From Felis catus (lineage: Eukaryota): a stretch of DNA of 64,000 nucleotides. The notes below the pieces were generated by a model, which worked only from the letters and a program-made list of their open reading frames with translations, was not told the origin of the DNA and ran no database searches. This document shows, in pieces, positions 1 to 12,614 of the stretch. The stretch covers positions 14,634,001 through 14,698,000 of the forward strand of contig NC_058383.1 of NCBI RefSeq assembly GCF_018350175.1, in the 5' to 3' direction. The position numbers and the translations under genes are program-made. The stretch's first letter is position 1, and each line of letters opens with the position of its first letter.

Positions 1-84
1 CTCTCTCTCTCTGCCCCTCACCTACTCACGCTCTCTCCTTCTCTCTCAAAACAAATAAATAAACTTAAAACAAAAAGAAAGAAA
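1..84 (+). mobile_element. CanSINE 3' end (truncated by window edge)
   Basis: (CT)n, ctgcccctc, AATAAA-rich A tail. Confidence 0.85.
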
Positions 85-649
85 CCCAATGCCAGAAGAA
101 CAGCAGAACATTTTCAGATTACCTTCCATTTTGAAAAGAGGTCCTTCTGCTGGACATCATACTCTACCTTTGCAAACCTCCAGCTGAGGGAAAGTGGTTT
201 TTCTTTGGATCGGATCGGATTATGGCATGGAGAGAGGAGGTGTGTGTGCGGGCGCGGGGGAAAGAAATGCAATTTCCCTTCACATTGCTTGCAATTTCTC
301 TGTACGAAAGAAGAATGGCAAGAGAAAAAGGTCAAGGTAGGGTCCACATGCCGTTCAAGAACCTAAAAATCATTCAATTTCAAGTACGTCTTCCCCTTGA
401 CATTCGGGGGCTCCTCTGAAATCCCTGGAAATCACAGGGAAGGAGCGGGAAGCCGGGGATGTTTCCAAAGACAAATGGAGCTTTCTCTAAGAGAAGGGGT
501 GTCGGGGGCTTGTCAGGGGGCCTCTGTAAATTACATCAGGAGGGTTTCTCCAGCAAGCCACGTTTCACAGAGACCCAGGGCCCCGTGACGCAGCTCTGCC
601 CCCACCCCCAACACTTGTTGATTATTTCTGCACTCTTAGGTGCTGTCTT

Positions 650-866
650 TTTTTGTTTTAATGTTTTTATTTATTTTTGAGAGAGGGAGAGAGAGAGAGC
701 AGGAGCGGGGGAGGGGCAGAGAGAGAGGGAGACCCAGAATCCGAAGCAGGTTCCAGGCTCCGAGCTGGCAGCACAGAGCCTGACGCGGGGCTCGAACTCA
801 CGAACCATGAGATCGTGACCTGAGCCAAAGTCGGACGCTCAACCGACTGAGCCACCCGGGTGCCCC
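650..866 (-). mobile_element. CanSINE (feliform SINEC_Fc-type)
   Basis: Full consensus; TSD ctctt(a/g)ggtgctgtctt at 633-649 and 866-882. Confidence 0.95.
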
Positions 867-1654
867 TCTTGGGTGCTGTCTTGTTATCTTTAATCCTGGA
901 TCCCCTGGGCTTTTGCTTCCCTTGGGTGATTGAAAGTATTTTTGGTTCCGTTCTCAACTTGCTGATCATGTCTGGGTCTTAGAATCTTACAAATTCTTAC
1001 CCAGAGGAAGAAGATTTCTTTGGTGCCAAGATGCCCCTGTCCCAGGACTGGGCAAATATATATAAAAAAAAAAAGTGCCAGCCCTCCCTCGGTAAGGAAA
1101 AAAGGAGGTGGCGTTTAAGAAGGAAAGAGCCAGGGCTGAAAATAGGAGGATGGGAAAGTGGCGTATCTGGTACTTTCTAAGGGCTGGCTAATTTATTCTG
1201 GGAAGTTCCTCAGCATAAACATGCTTCTGAAGGCAGTCATCTACTTTCCTTCCTGGGGGCTAGCGAAGGCCGAGAAAAATTGTGTGATTACGCTGAGGGA
1301 GAAATTTTTGGCTGAAGCCCTTCTTTGTGAAGGACACTCAGAAAACAAGGTTACAGGCGACAGGATTATCCCGCAGGAGAGCGGCTGCACCTTTGATCTG
1401 AAAATCCTTCAAAGCAGTAGGAGGGGAGAGATAAGGCAGGAGGAAAGGCCTGGAGACCTAATAGGGTGTACTTGAGGCCGTGCAAATCCCAGTCTAGACC
1501 AAAGTCCTATAAGCGGGGTGGCACTCCCAGCTTGCTCCTCTCGGTGGCCCTGAAACATCATCATTTCAGCCTCTGTGCCTCCACGAGAATCCTGTGACAT
1601 CCAGTTCTCACGTTGTCATAAATCGTGTGGCAGAGTAAAAAAAGTCATGATTTC

Positions 1655-1830
1655 GGAGCCAGACCCAAGTCTAAATCATAGCTATTCCACCTCTCGGCTG
1701 TGTGACCTTGGGCAAGCAAAACTTCCTCCGGCCTCAGTTTCCTCATCTATAAAATGGGAGTAGTAAAAACTGCCTTGTTGTGAAGACTGAGGATATATGA
1801 AGGTACTAGGGCATGTTTGTGCCCACGGAG
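1655..1830 (+). mobile_element. MIR SINE remnant
   Basis: MIR core tgtgaccttgggcaag...cctcagtttcctcatctataaaatggg. Confidence 0.85.
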
Positions 1831-1852
1831 TGCCAATTCTCTTTTGTAAACC

Positions 1853-2065
1853 TTTAAAAACTTTTTTAATGTTTATTTTTTGCGAGAGGGGGGAGGGGGA
1901 GAAAAATGTAGGGGGGGGAGGGGCCGAGAAAGGGAGACAGAGAATCCCAAGTGGGCTCCACGCTGACAGCAGAGAGCCGGATGCGGGGCTTGAACTCACG
2001 AACCGTGACATCGGGACCTGAGCCGAAGTCGGACACTTAACCTACTGAGCCCCCCGGGCGCCCCC
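1853..2065 (-). mobile_element. CanSINE
   Basis: Reverse-complement consensus ending gggcgcccc, T-rich tail. Confidence 0.92.
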
Positions 2066-2599
2066 GGAAACCTTTTCAAAACTTGCCTTCACTTACTGAA
2101 CCCCGCCTGAGTAGGCCAGGCGCACGCCGCGTGCTCTACACGTGTCATCACAGACCTGCATGGTGGCCGTCCCCGTGAGAGCCGGGTGTGTGACTGTCCC
2201 TTGACAGGTGGGAGCCTCTGAAGCTCCACGAGGTGGAGTCCAAGTTCATTTGGCCAATGGCGCAGGTGGGGCTCGGGCCAGGGTCTGGTTCTAACACCCG
2301 GGTTTAAAACTTCTGCACAAACTCTGCCTTCTTGACCTTTCGCTTAGCGACAGGACACTCGGCGATAGGAAGATCCAAAGAAAAGCCACTTCAAACCCCT
2401 GATGTGCTTGTCGGTACAGCCCGTCCCGGGTGAATGTGTTTGTTGATAATAATTCAAGGCCCGTCTTCGGCTCTCACACATTTGCACTGTGCTACCGTTT
2501 GGGGTTTTACTCTGTGTCTAGGGTTTGCTTCCCCAGCAGAACTCCGGCTCAGCCCGGGATGACCTGTGACTCCGGGTTAGCGCTTCTCTTAACCACCGC

Positions 2600-2725
2600 G
2601 GAGGAACAGCCCCGGGGCAAGCGACTGAACCTCTCTGAGCCTCAGTTTCTCTCTCTGTGCAAGGAGGTGAGGCTAACTGTTCCGCTAAGGTCGAGCATCA
2701 TCTCAAAGATGAATGAGCGGATACA
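2600..2725 (+). mobile_element. MIR remnant
   Basis: gggcaagcgactgaacctctctgagcctcagtttct. Confidence 0.7.
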
Positions 2726-3304
2726 AAAAGTGAAACCCACACCCAGCTGTGAATTGCCAGGGAAGTGCAAGACGTCCTTGTGTCCCCTGAGGGCTGGAGG
2801 AAAGGTCTGCTCATTCTTCTCCCGGGCTGGAGTGAGCATCCGAGCAGTGCTCCCAGACCTTTGCCGTGGTCCCTTCCCTCGTGAATTCGTTCCGGGCTGC
2901 AGTGAAACTCACCTTCCCAAAGCAGCACTTAGTATGCGCCACGGATTCCCGCAACCTTTCTGCAAACGCTTTCTTGCTGGGGAAGCGCGTGCCATCCAGC
3001 ATCTCAGCTCAGCTGGGAGGACCGCCGACCGCCTCCTGTCCCTTTCCCACCTCTGCTCCTAGACCACTGTGGCTCCTTGTCGAGCAGCTTCTGTTTCAGG
3101 CGAGCAGGGGTCCCCACGCATCCCCACACGAGACTGTGCGATGCCGTCCAAGGCTTGGCGCCCGTTCTCTCTGCTGGGGGTGCCCGCTGACCTTCCCTCT
3201 CATTTCTTCTGGGCGTACCCCAAACCTCTCTTCCCTAGGAGGCTTCTCCTGAATGTCTTGCTCTCATAGAGCCTGATCTTTAAATTTTTATAATGATCGG
3301 ACTC

Positions 3305-3499
3305 TTTTTTTTTTAATGTTTATTTATTATTTTGAGGGAGAGGGACGGGGAGAGAGAGAGAGAGAGAGAGAATCCCAAGCAGGCTCCGCACCAGCAGCGC
3401 GAAGCCCGGCGTGGGGCTCGAGCCCACGAACTGTGAGATCACGACCTGAGCTGAAACCAAGAGTCGGATGCCTCACCGACGGAACCACCCAGGCGCCCC
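3305..3499 (-). mobile_element. CanSINE
   Basis: Consensus with (GA)n and cacccaggcgcccc head. Confidence 0.92.
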
Positions 3500-3525
3500 A
3501 TGGACTGGTCTGTCAATACTTGCTT

Positions 3526-4075
3526 ATTTTTAATTGAGATGGCATTCCCACACTGTAACATTCAGCCTTTTAGCATAGACAGTTCAGTGGCATTCACCTG
3601 GTTGGGAAAGAATCCCCACTACCCAATTCCAGAATGTGTTCGTCACCCTAAAAAGAAACGCCACGCACGTTAGAAGTCACGCTTCGTCCCTTCATTCCTG
3701 CCTCCCCAGCCCCTGGCAGTCGCTAATCTCCTTTCTGTCTCTCTGGAGATACCTAGTCCGGGCATCGGGCATAGCAGATACATGCAAATGTACAACGTGT
3801 AGCCTTTTTCGTCTTACATCTTTAACTTGGCCCAGCCCATGCATGCTGTAGCATGTGTTGGTCCTTTATTTCTCTTTGTGCCACCTTTTGTTTCTCCGCT
3901 CACCAGCTGACGGACGTTTGGGTTGTTTCCAGTTTTGGGCAATTATGGATAATGCTGCTAGAACATTCTTATACAAGTTTTCGTGTGGACGTGTTTCCAG
4001 CGCTCTTGGGTACAGATCCAGGTAGGAGTCCAATTTCTGGGTCATATGGTAACTCTTTTCGAGGAACTTGCAACT
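3526..4075 (-). mobile_element. Old L1 (L1M-type) 3' end
   Basis: ttccagaatgtgttcgtcaccctaaaaagaaac; tttgggttgtttccagttttgggcaattatggataatgctgct; ctgggtcatatggtaactct. Confidence 0.85.
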
Positions 4076-4360
4076 GAACACGGAAAATGGCAAGAATGTA
4101 TCATGCCGCTGGCAATCTTTTCCATGTTTCTCTTCCCATGGCGCCCGAGCTCTCTTTCCAGCAGAGTGGTTGACATAGGAGCCCAGAAGGAACATGGGGG
4201 GAAATTGACACAGGAGCACATAGAAGTGGGGTCTCCAGTTTTCTTGAAAGCTTGGTAGCAAGTCCTGAACACCTACAGACTCCTGGATGCTATATGGCAG
4301 GACCTGGGTTTGTGAGCTCAAGCATCAGACAGGTTTTGCTTTGTTATTTTACCAGATTTA

Positions 4361-4581
4361 GGGGCGCCTGGGTGGCTCGGTCGGTTGGGCGGCCGACTTC
4401 AGCTCAGGTCATGATCAGGTCTGTGGGTTCGAGCCCCGCGTCGGGCTCTGCGCTGACAGCTCAGAGCCTGGAGCCTGCTTCGGATTCTGTGTCTCCCTCT
4501 CTCTTTCCCTCTGCCCCTCCCCTGCTTGCTCTCTGTCTCTTTCTCAAGTAATAAACATTCAAAACAAAACAAAGAACAAAA
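4361..4581 (+). mobile_element. CanSINE
   Basis: ggggcgcctgggtggctc...gagcctggagcctgcttcggattctg...A tail. Confidence 0.95.
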
Positions 4582-5040
4582 CAGATTCACACTGCTCCAC
4601 TCGGCAAATGACAGGCAGTGACTCTTGGGAGTTTTCTCCTGGAGTCTGCACGGATTTTGCCACGGACTGGCTGGGTGACCCTGGACGTATTGGGCTCATA
4701 ATCCCTCTGGCTCAGTCTCTTCGAAATGGGGCTGCGTGTCTGGAGGCTTTGGCTCCCAAATGAGGCGAACCAGAATCATAACAATTCTGATTAATTGCCC
4801 CCACACAGACCTCTATGTAAGTGATATTTCTGGCAGGGAGCTCGGGGCTCAGGAATGTTTAAAAACAAAACAATACAAAACCCATCTTAGGTGATTCTCA
4901 CAATGAGCCAGACCTACCAAGTCTGGGAGCTATTACTGCTCTGTGATCCTTCCAGGTCTCACATTTTATGATTTTATGAAACTGAATATTTCCATAGCCT
5001 AAAGTGGAACTAATTAAGAGCTCCTGAAAGTGAATATTCT

Positions 5041-5276
5041 TTTTTTTTTTGTCATTTTTAAAAAATATTTTTAGTTACTCTTGAGAGACCGAGAGAGCGA
5101 GGGAGCGAGCACGAGCGGGAGAGGGGCAGAGAGAGAGGGAGACCCGGAATCCGAAGCGGGCTCCAGGCTCCGAGCTGTCAGCACAGAGCCCGACACGGGA
5201 CACGAACTCACGACCTACGAGATCATGACCTGAGCCGAAGTCGGACGCTCAACCGACTGAGCCACCCGGGTGCCCC
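5041..5276 (-). mobile_element. CanSINE
   Basis: Consensus; TSD ctgaaagtgaat(a/t)ttct at ~5024 and ~5276. Confidence 0.95.
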
Positions 5277-6229
5277 TGAAAGTGAATTTTCTATACATCA
5301 GCGAGACCAAGAATGCTCAGGTACCCCAGGCAAGACCTGCAGACAGAGATAGATGATGTGGCCGAATAGCAGTGAGACTGCCATGTTTTATGATACCTGT
5401 TAAGGGGAAGAAGGGCCACCCCTCCTTCTGGCTCCTTCTCTACCATAAAATCGTCTCAGGTTTCTAGCCATGGGACGGCCAGGTCTTGCCTGGAGGGTTC
5501 CACTGTGGACCCTTGGTGAGGTGGCCAGGTGTTGTTCTGGCCTTTCCGACAGACCTTCCTCTTCTGGGAACGTAATTCATCTTTTGGTTTGGGGATCTGT
5601 AGCTCCGTCTTCAGACCGATTGAACTCTTGGTCCAGGGCTCCACCTTCCCCCTGCAGCAAACCAGACTGGCCAAGTAGAGTGTGCCAAGCTCTTGGCTGG
5701 GTTCAGGGTTAGGCATACGGGCCAAGCAGGATTGATGGGAGCCCCTTCTTGGAATGGAGGTGAATCTTCAGGGAGAGAATCCTGTCACTTCGGGGAGAGA
5801 CAGCCTGCCCAAGAACGAAGCCAACAGAGAGGAAAGAAGGACAGAGACTGGGAAGGAGACAGTGACAGACTGGGGGTCGGGAGGACGAGGGAATGTCGCT
5901 TGAGCTCTTTCGATCCACGTCAGCCAGAGTTCATCCCTTTGCCAATATTTTTTAGTTTAAGGGCGTCTGGGTTGAGTTGCTGCTACTTAAAACCAAGAGT
6001 CCTGACTGGTACTTTTAGCACCTCCGATGTTGGCATCGACTTGACTTTAAGAGTGAAGGTGTCAAGAAGAATGTTCAAACCCTGCACATTTGGTCCCTGT
6101 ACCATCCTTCAAAGACGATGTGGCATTCTAGCAGTGGGGACGCACGGCGTCTCCGGGGGGAAAAAAAATCAAATCAGGAGAACAGACCTGGGGCTAGGGA
6201 TGAGCTAGTTCTGTTTCGTTGTCTGTTTC

Positions 6230-6445
6230 GAGTGCTCACTCCTGTGTTCAGCCTTATACAAAGTAATCTCACGTGTCACCTCACGTCCCAGCCACACGAG
6301 GCAGTCATTGTGTGATTCCCATTTCACGGATGAAGAACATTAGGCTCTTACTGTGTATGTAAGTGTCTCAGGCAAGTGACCTCAGACAGGACAAAGCAGG
6401 ATTTTCAGCCAGGCCTGTCCAGAGTGCAGAGCTGGAGTCCTCAAC
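6230..6445 (-). mobile_element. MIR remnant
   Basis: attcccatttcacggatgaagaacattaggct core in reverse orientation. Confidence 0.6.
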
Positions 6446-7499
6446 GACCAGGCGTACTAATCAAAACCAGTCCTCCAGCTGTCTACCTCGTGTCTCGGAA
6501 TCTCATCACTCCTCACTCGTGGCTCCAGAAAACTTTCCTGCCGGACTGCTGTGAAGGATTCCCAGATAGAAGAAAAAAATCCCTTTCTGTCTGAAGTCCC
6601 AAATCTCTCTGAAAACTGTGTCCTGTCTCACCACCTGCCACGGACCCTCCGCGCCACCTTAACCTCCACCCGCAGAGAACAGGTTTTATTTAAGGAAATT
6701 CATGGCACCGGGCAAACCGAGAGCAGATGGTGTAGGAGACGTGTTATGCCCTTTTCATTTGGACGGGCCTGAAATACCCAACGTGCACGGCCAGGTGATG
6801 GGACAAGGCTCCCATCTGGGTGTGCATTTGACATCGCAATAGGAATTCTGGAGCTTCAGCAGGGATGGCTGGCCTGGAGACCTTAGATTTGGTTGCAAAT
6901 TCTTTCTGACCTTCCGCTGAGCCAGAAATTGTTGAAGCTGGATGTGACCGTCATTGTCCAATCTTGGCATCGCAGAGGTGAAGAAGAGAAGGCTGAGAGT
7001 TTCTGGAGAACTTACGCAGGGTCACATATCTAGTCCAGCCAGGGGTGGGCACGTAACCCGCATGTTTGCGCAGTGATGCTTTGGGAGCTAGGGAGCTACC
7101 CGGCCCGCGTCCCCTCCTTTGACATTTATTTCTCTCGTCCATCATCCCGAGGCACTGGATGGCGCAGAACAGCTCTGCCATATGCCTTTCACAGAAACGA
7201 TTTCTCCCCCCCGTTGATGATTTCGCTTTACTTCCTTCTGCCGCGCGTGTTGTCAGAATGTCTAGAAAAATCTGACAGCTGGTATTCCATTTAGGGACAA
7301 CATTTGGGGGATGTGTCTTGAAAGGGCTCACACACAGTCTTGCCGCGCCTTCTACTCAACTTCCAAATATAATATGACTTTCCTGGCGATGACATGAAAA
7401 ACGAGTGACGATGAAGTGCCATTCCGTAAGGGGGCCTGAGACGCCTATGTCTGGCTAAAGGGAGCCAGAGGAACAAAGGCAGGGGCAGGGCCTTGTCAG

Positions 7500-7650
7500 A
7501 TAGCCCCGGGTTCACACCCTTCCCTGGTATTTGACCTTGGACGAGCGACACCGGTCTGCTGAGCCTCGGTTTCCTCATCTGTACCAGAGGGGCCACAGAA
7601 CTTCTCTCCCAGGACACGCTGACAGGTGAGTTGCTCGTGTTAACGGGTGA
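7500..7650 (+). mobile_element. MIR remnant
   Basis: tgaccttggacgag...ctgagcctcggtttcctcatctgta. Confidence 0.7.
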
Positions 7651-9131
7651 CCGGCTCCTGGCTGCCACGCCAGGCAGTTTCCTCCCGTCCCTTTCCTCTT
7701 GGACTGTATCAATATGGAGGAAGCCGTAAACACATTGGAAGCGGTAAATCAAACTTAATATATATAATATAATTTATTAGGTGAACCCTTAATAAGGATC
7801 CGGTGACAGGCAACTAGATGACCACAAGGTCAACCACAAGACCACTCGATCCCACATGTGTCAGCAACTGGACCCAAATAGTGAGACAAGAATTTGTCTC
7901 TCAGTGTCACTGGGCTTCTGTTCTCCAAAAGCGAAATGTCTGGTGATTATAAAGGAATCACACGGAAGCAAAACGTCTTAAACCTCTCATGTAGCCCGGA
8001 CGGTGAGTGGGCATTGCGGGTAGGCACATAGTCCGGTAACTAGCCCATTTCGGTGAATGCTGACCTATTTATTTTTCCAAATAGTTAGAACACACATACT
8101 GAAAACTGACAGCTCAGAACATTGAACATAATTGATCTTAATGAGGGAATTCAAAAAGATCTGGGGCGTTGGGAACACCTGAAAGGCATACTTTGAGTTG
8201 AGGATTCTCTTTGGACCGGGGGCTGGGTAGACTGCCAGCTGATGGGTTTTGCCGGAAAGCCCCTGAATTCAGTGCGATTCAATGACCCCATGCCCAAAGC
8301 ACCCAGCACGGTGGGTGACACTTGGTCCGGCGTTTGACTCAATCTGAATAATTTCTCATCTGGAAGCCAGGTGTGAATAAAGGAAAGGTCCACTTCAGAA
8401 CCCTTGAGTTAGATTCTTCTGGTCTCTTCCCGGCCTTAATAAGGGCTTCTGTAGATGACTTCTTTTGGTGCTCCAGGAAAATGGGTTCTACACATGACAT
8501 GAACCCCCAACTCAAGGGTTTCCTGAAGACAAGTCAAGAAAGCTGTCCTTCTGTGTACCTTGGAATCTCATCCTAGTCCTCTTGTCCTTCCCCTGGGAGA
8601 AGATGGAAACATTCCTGCCTCCTTATGATCACAGAGCCCTATCTTCCATAAAGGTAAGGCAGATTAGAACGCGTGAGGGGCCGTGTGGATGTGTCTGTGC
8701 GTGCACGCGTAGCTGTGGTTTGCGTTGGCCTAAGAACCAAACGGGCAAAGACAACAAAATCAAGCCAAAGGGAAAACTAAAAGGAGAAAAAGAAAAACAT
8801 AAACCTCTCCCACCAAAGGGGGCCACATCCCCCCCCCCCCACATCCATTCATGTGGAAGGAATGATCGAGACTTCCTGACTTAACAGACAGAACCTGAAC
8901 AGGTTTGTACAAGTCTCAGACCCAAGATTTGTAAAAGCGAAAAGTATCACCACTGGTGTAAAACGATGCTAGGGCCTGAGGAAGGCCTCCCGTTCGGCTC
9001 TAACAGGCTCCACGTCAGGTCGCGCATATCAGCATTTTCAAACCTCTGCTACGCTCCGGAATCTCAGTCTTGACCCCCAATGTGCTGAGCTCAGAGTTAT
9101 TTGATGTGCGCCTCTAAATTCCATTCTGCCA

Positions 9132-9258
9132 GGGCGCCCGGGTGGCTCAGTCGGTCGAGCATCCCACTTCGGCTCAGGTCATAATCTTGCAGTTCGTGGG
9201 CTCGCGCCCCGCGCCGGGCTCTGTGCTGACAGCTCAGAGCCTGGAGCCTGCTTCCGAC

Positions 9259-9291
<33 letters not shown>

Positions 9292-9364
9292 GCCCCTCCC
9301 CTACTCGTGCTCTCCCCCTCTCTCTCTCAAAAATAAATAAGCATTAAAAAAATTAAAAGAAACA
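9132..9364 (+). mobile_element. CanSINE
   Basis: Consensus; TSD aaatt(t)ccattct on both flanks. Confidence 0.95.
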
Positions 9365-11617
9365 AATTTCCATTCTACCGCACATCAGTTTCATTGACCA
9401 GCTCATCCTTCCTTGCTCAGAGACAGGGCAAAGACCTGCACTTTTAGGTTTCTTTTTTGTCTCTTCATTGGTTCCTTCCTCTGACATAAAGTAAGGCAAG
9501 ATTCCCAGTCCCCTTGGATCTCCCGGCTTTCCAGGTTGAGCTGATCAGCGTGGGTATATACCTGCTGCAGCCAAGGTGTTTGGTTTGATTCGTTTTTTGC
9601 TGCAGCAAAATTTTAACAAGAGCAGGAGGGAAGAGCTCCCTGGGAGGGTAGGGAGGAGGTCAAGGTCGGCCACAAGGCCTCAAATGGACTCTTCCAGCCC
9701 TAGGGCACCAGCGGGGAGCTCAGTTGAACACAAACCAATGAGCTAGCATTTCAGGCCAAACGGCACTGACATAATATTAAAACAAACGCAAAACAAAAAA
9801 ACCAAGCAAAACGGCTTATGTAATCCACGTTGCAGAGGGCATTCAAAAAAGCAATGTGCTAATTACAAAGCAATGTTTCTCTTATTCAAGAAGGCCACAA
9901 AGTTTAAAGCATTCAGCACAGCAACTGGAACGTATCAGTAAACCCCACGGTTGGTAGCTGTTGCCCATGTTATACGTACGAATCAATTAGAGCGGACTCA
10001 GAAGACTTCGATTTGGAAACCCCTTTCTCCCTCAGTTTATTAATATATGAGCTTTTGAATAATAAAAAGACATTGCTTAGGGTTCAGATTCCTTCCCAGT
10101 GCAGTCTGACCTTTCCCAAATTACTAAGACTTGTGACATTTCTCTGAACAAAACACCGATCCACAAACGAAGGCTCTTGTGGAAAACAAGATGTCCAGAA
10201 ATACTCCCCGCTCCCATCTCCAGAGCATTTGCTGACAGTGGGGGGCTGGAGCCCCCGATGCTTCCATTGTTGGAACACACAGTCTGTCATCAGGGTGAAA
10301 AGAGCTGGGTGGAGATGGATGGGGGAGGCCAGGCCTGCTGTTTTCTCGGGTGTTCCTCCCATCTCTGCCTGCCCCGCCCCTACTCACCCTCCCGATCCCC
10401 CTGCCTGTCCTGCTGCACATGTGGCTTTGCCTGTGACCACCCTGCTCTCGTGTGGTCTTGCGTGGCTCCAACGCCAAATACAGCCACTGATGCTCCAGCC
10501 CACGTGTCACATGCAGGCCGACCGGGGCAGCTTCTGCACCACAACTGGGTTTTGTCTGCCACACACAGCGTTTTTGAAAGATTTTTGAATGCCTACAGAA
10601 GGGGGCACAGCTCTCAAGTTTACCCCAATCCCTCCCTATCCACCACTCCCCGTCTCCCTGGCTTGAGTTAATCGCACTTATCACCTCGGAGTAGAAGCGT
10701 CTCTTCCTGTCATGGCCTTTAATCCTGCACACGATGCCCGGACAGGACCCCTGGGGGCCCAGGTCCGAATGAACCACTGTGGCCCCCTGGACTAACTGCG
10801 TTCTGCATAGACTCCCCGCTCGGCCGGCTCTAACGTGGCGGCTCCGGGACCAGGCAGGGCGAATGCCATCCTGGTGGCTATGAGACAGCTTCCCAACGGT
10901 GTGCCCCGATTTGTGTAAGTGTTCGGGAAAAAGAATAGAAAAGAGTGGCTAGACCTCTTTAAGAGATCCCAGCCCTGAACAAGTTAAACAGGCTTGATAT
11001 CCTGTTTTAATGTCATTAAAAAAATCTTTTTTTTCTATTCATCAGGGTTGTTAAAGCAGTTCTGATTTTCAAAGTTGGAAAGAGGGATTGAATTATTTAG
11101 CTTCCCTGGAACTTTCTACTGATTAGGGGATCAGGCAGGCTGGTTTTGTTTTGTTTTGTTTTGTTTTTCTTACCTTTTCTTTCACGAGCCCAAGAAAAAT
11201 GGCCTCTCGTGGGTCTATATTTTGGCCCCAGGAAAAGCTTCTTTCTTCTGGAAGTACAGGGTTAAATTCGCGAGAGTATTTTTGTGAATGGGGCTGTTTC
11301 TGACCAGTGCCTTCAGGGAGCAGAGCACAGAGGCAATCCTTTCCTAAGGGTCCTGCGAAGTAGGTGTAATTATCCTGATGTTTATAGGTCAGGGTAGGCC
11401 CTCAGAGAAGGCACACCTGGTGGCCAAGGTCACGCACTTAGCCACTGGACTTGACCCGAGTTGGGCGCTGGAGTTTGTACCACTCCACGCAGCCCCCCGG
11501 TGAGGAACGGCAAAGTACCACAAAGCTGCCCATCTAATCACAGACCTGAGAGAACCGCTGGCGGAAAGACAGGGTCCCTAGAGGTCCTGCAAAAAGGCAG
11601 GGTTTGGGGGGAAAAAT

Positions 11618-11806
11618 GGAAAAAGGAAAGGAAAGGAAAGGAAAGGAAAGGAAAGGAAAGGAAAAAAAGAAGAGAAAAGAAAAGAAAAAAGAAAAGAAAA
11701 GAAAAAAAGAAAAGAAAAGAAAAGAAAAGAAAAGAAAAGAAAAGAAAAGAAAAGAAAAGAAACAAGAAAAGAAACAAGAAAAGAAACAAGAAAAGAAAAA
11801 AAAGAA
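11618..11806. repeat. Compound purine-rich microsatellite (GGAAA)n-(GAAAA)n-(GAAACAAGAAAA)n
   Basis: Directly visible; about 190 bp almost purely A/G on the + strand. Confidence 0.97.
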
Positions 11807-11967
11807 CCTATTGCATCTTTGCGGAAAGGATCTTGTAACCTCAGTCCTGGATTCTTGGCTTCAGGACAAGGCCCTCCAGCCCCGACTGTAAATTCACTCT
11901 TCATAACGAGGATGTGAAGGTGTTGGCCGGTTCCAGACCAGTAGGAGGCAGAATCGGGGGTACCTAC

Positions 11968-12124
11968 CTCCTTCAAACTCTGTCTGGCAGTTCTCCGAGG
12001 TCTCCTGCAGGCTCTCCTCCTCGTTGATGATGATGTTCTCGATGTCCTTCATTGTCAAGTGGTCCCGGAAGGCGTGGTAGAGGATGTGCTTCAGCTCCTC
12101 CAGAGTTATCCTCTGCATGTCGAA
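11968..12124 (-). CDS. CALN1: Internal coding exon (157 nt, phase 0 to phase 1; likely penultimate) of calneuron-1 / CaBP8
   Basis: Minus strand reads ctctttatccccacAG|TTCGACATG...GAAGGAG|GTaggta. Translation FDMQRITLEELKHILYHAFRDHLTMKDIENIIINEEESLQETSENCQTEFEG matches the recalled CALN1 C-terminal lobe just before the tail-anchor exon (VHSQKQNRQTCVRKSLIC...). Confidence 0.96.
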
Positions 12125-12614
12125 CTGTGGGGATAAAGAGGGATGAGCAGGTCTTGGGCGCATGGGGCTGAGAACTCAGCCTGGGGCGTGGCTGCCAAGC
12201 CCCAACAGCCCAAAGCTCCCGTGTGGAAGCTCGGCTCAGCTTTCCAGGATATCAGATGAGCAACTTTTCCATCGTGTTCTGCTCCAAGCATACTCGTGAA
12301 CTTGCAGGCACTTACTGGGGATACAGTGAGCGCAACATATCCCCCTCGGTTGAGACTCCCGGAGGAGAAAAAAAATGCCACCTGCTAGTTGGCCTCCCAC
12401 TCACCCGGCCATCTGCCGTCACCTCCGCACGCCATGCACACCTCACAGACTTGGAAGTTGTGTTACACCTCAGAGGATGCACACATCTCTAAAGATATTC
12501 TGCATCTCCCGAGAAGCTGGCCGTTCCCGTCTTGCTTTAGATACGCCTCATGGTCTAACAAGATAACATCCAAGTTCAAAGCCGTGTTCGTGAGGAAGGA
12601 AAGCTAAAGGGAGG

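Larger units (their letters stand above)
1..11967 (-). other. CALN1: CALN1 intron downstream of the exon (terminal TM-encoding exon lies beyond position 1)
   Basis: GT donor at 11967-11966. No VHSQKQNRQTCVRKSLICAF-like sequence seen in the ORF track or by eye. Confidence 0.8.

Noticed and set aside
2430..3062. 210-aa ORF
   Set aside because: Non-ATG (GTG) start, overlaps a MIR, no recognisable homology; expected by chance in GC-rich DNA.
10099..10777. Overlapping 190- and 217-aa ORFs on opposite strands
   Set aside because: No recognisable domain, non-ATG starts, composition typical of non-coding sequence.
11961..11967. Second GT 4 nt downstream of the donor (GTAG|GTACCC)
   Set aside because: Poor match to the donor consensus compared with GAG|GTAGGT; no evidence of use.
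11461..11976. K/R/E-rich and F/S/L-rich ORFs in several frames
   Set aside because: Translations of the (GAAAA)n microsatellite.
11894..12163. 89-aa ORF as a stand-alone gene or pseudogene
   Set aside because: Only 11968-12124 matches CALN1 and it is bounded by AG/GT; the flanks are intron read-through.
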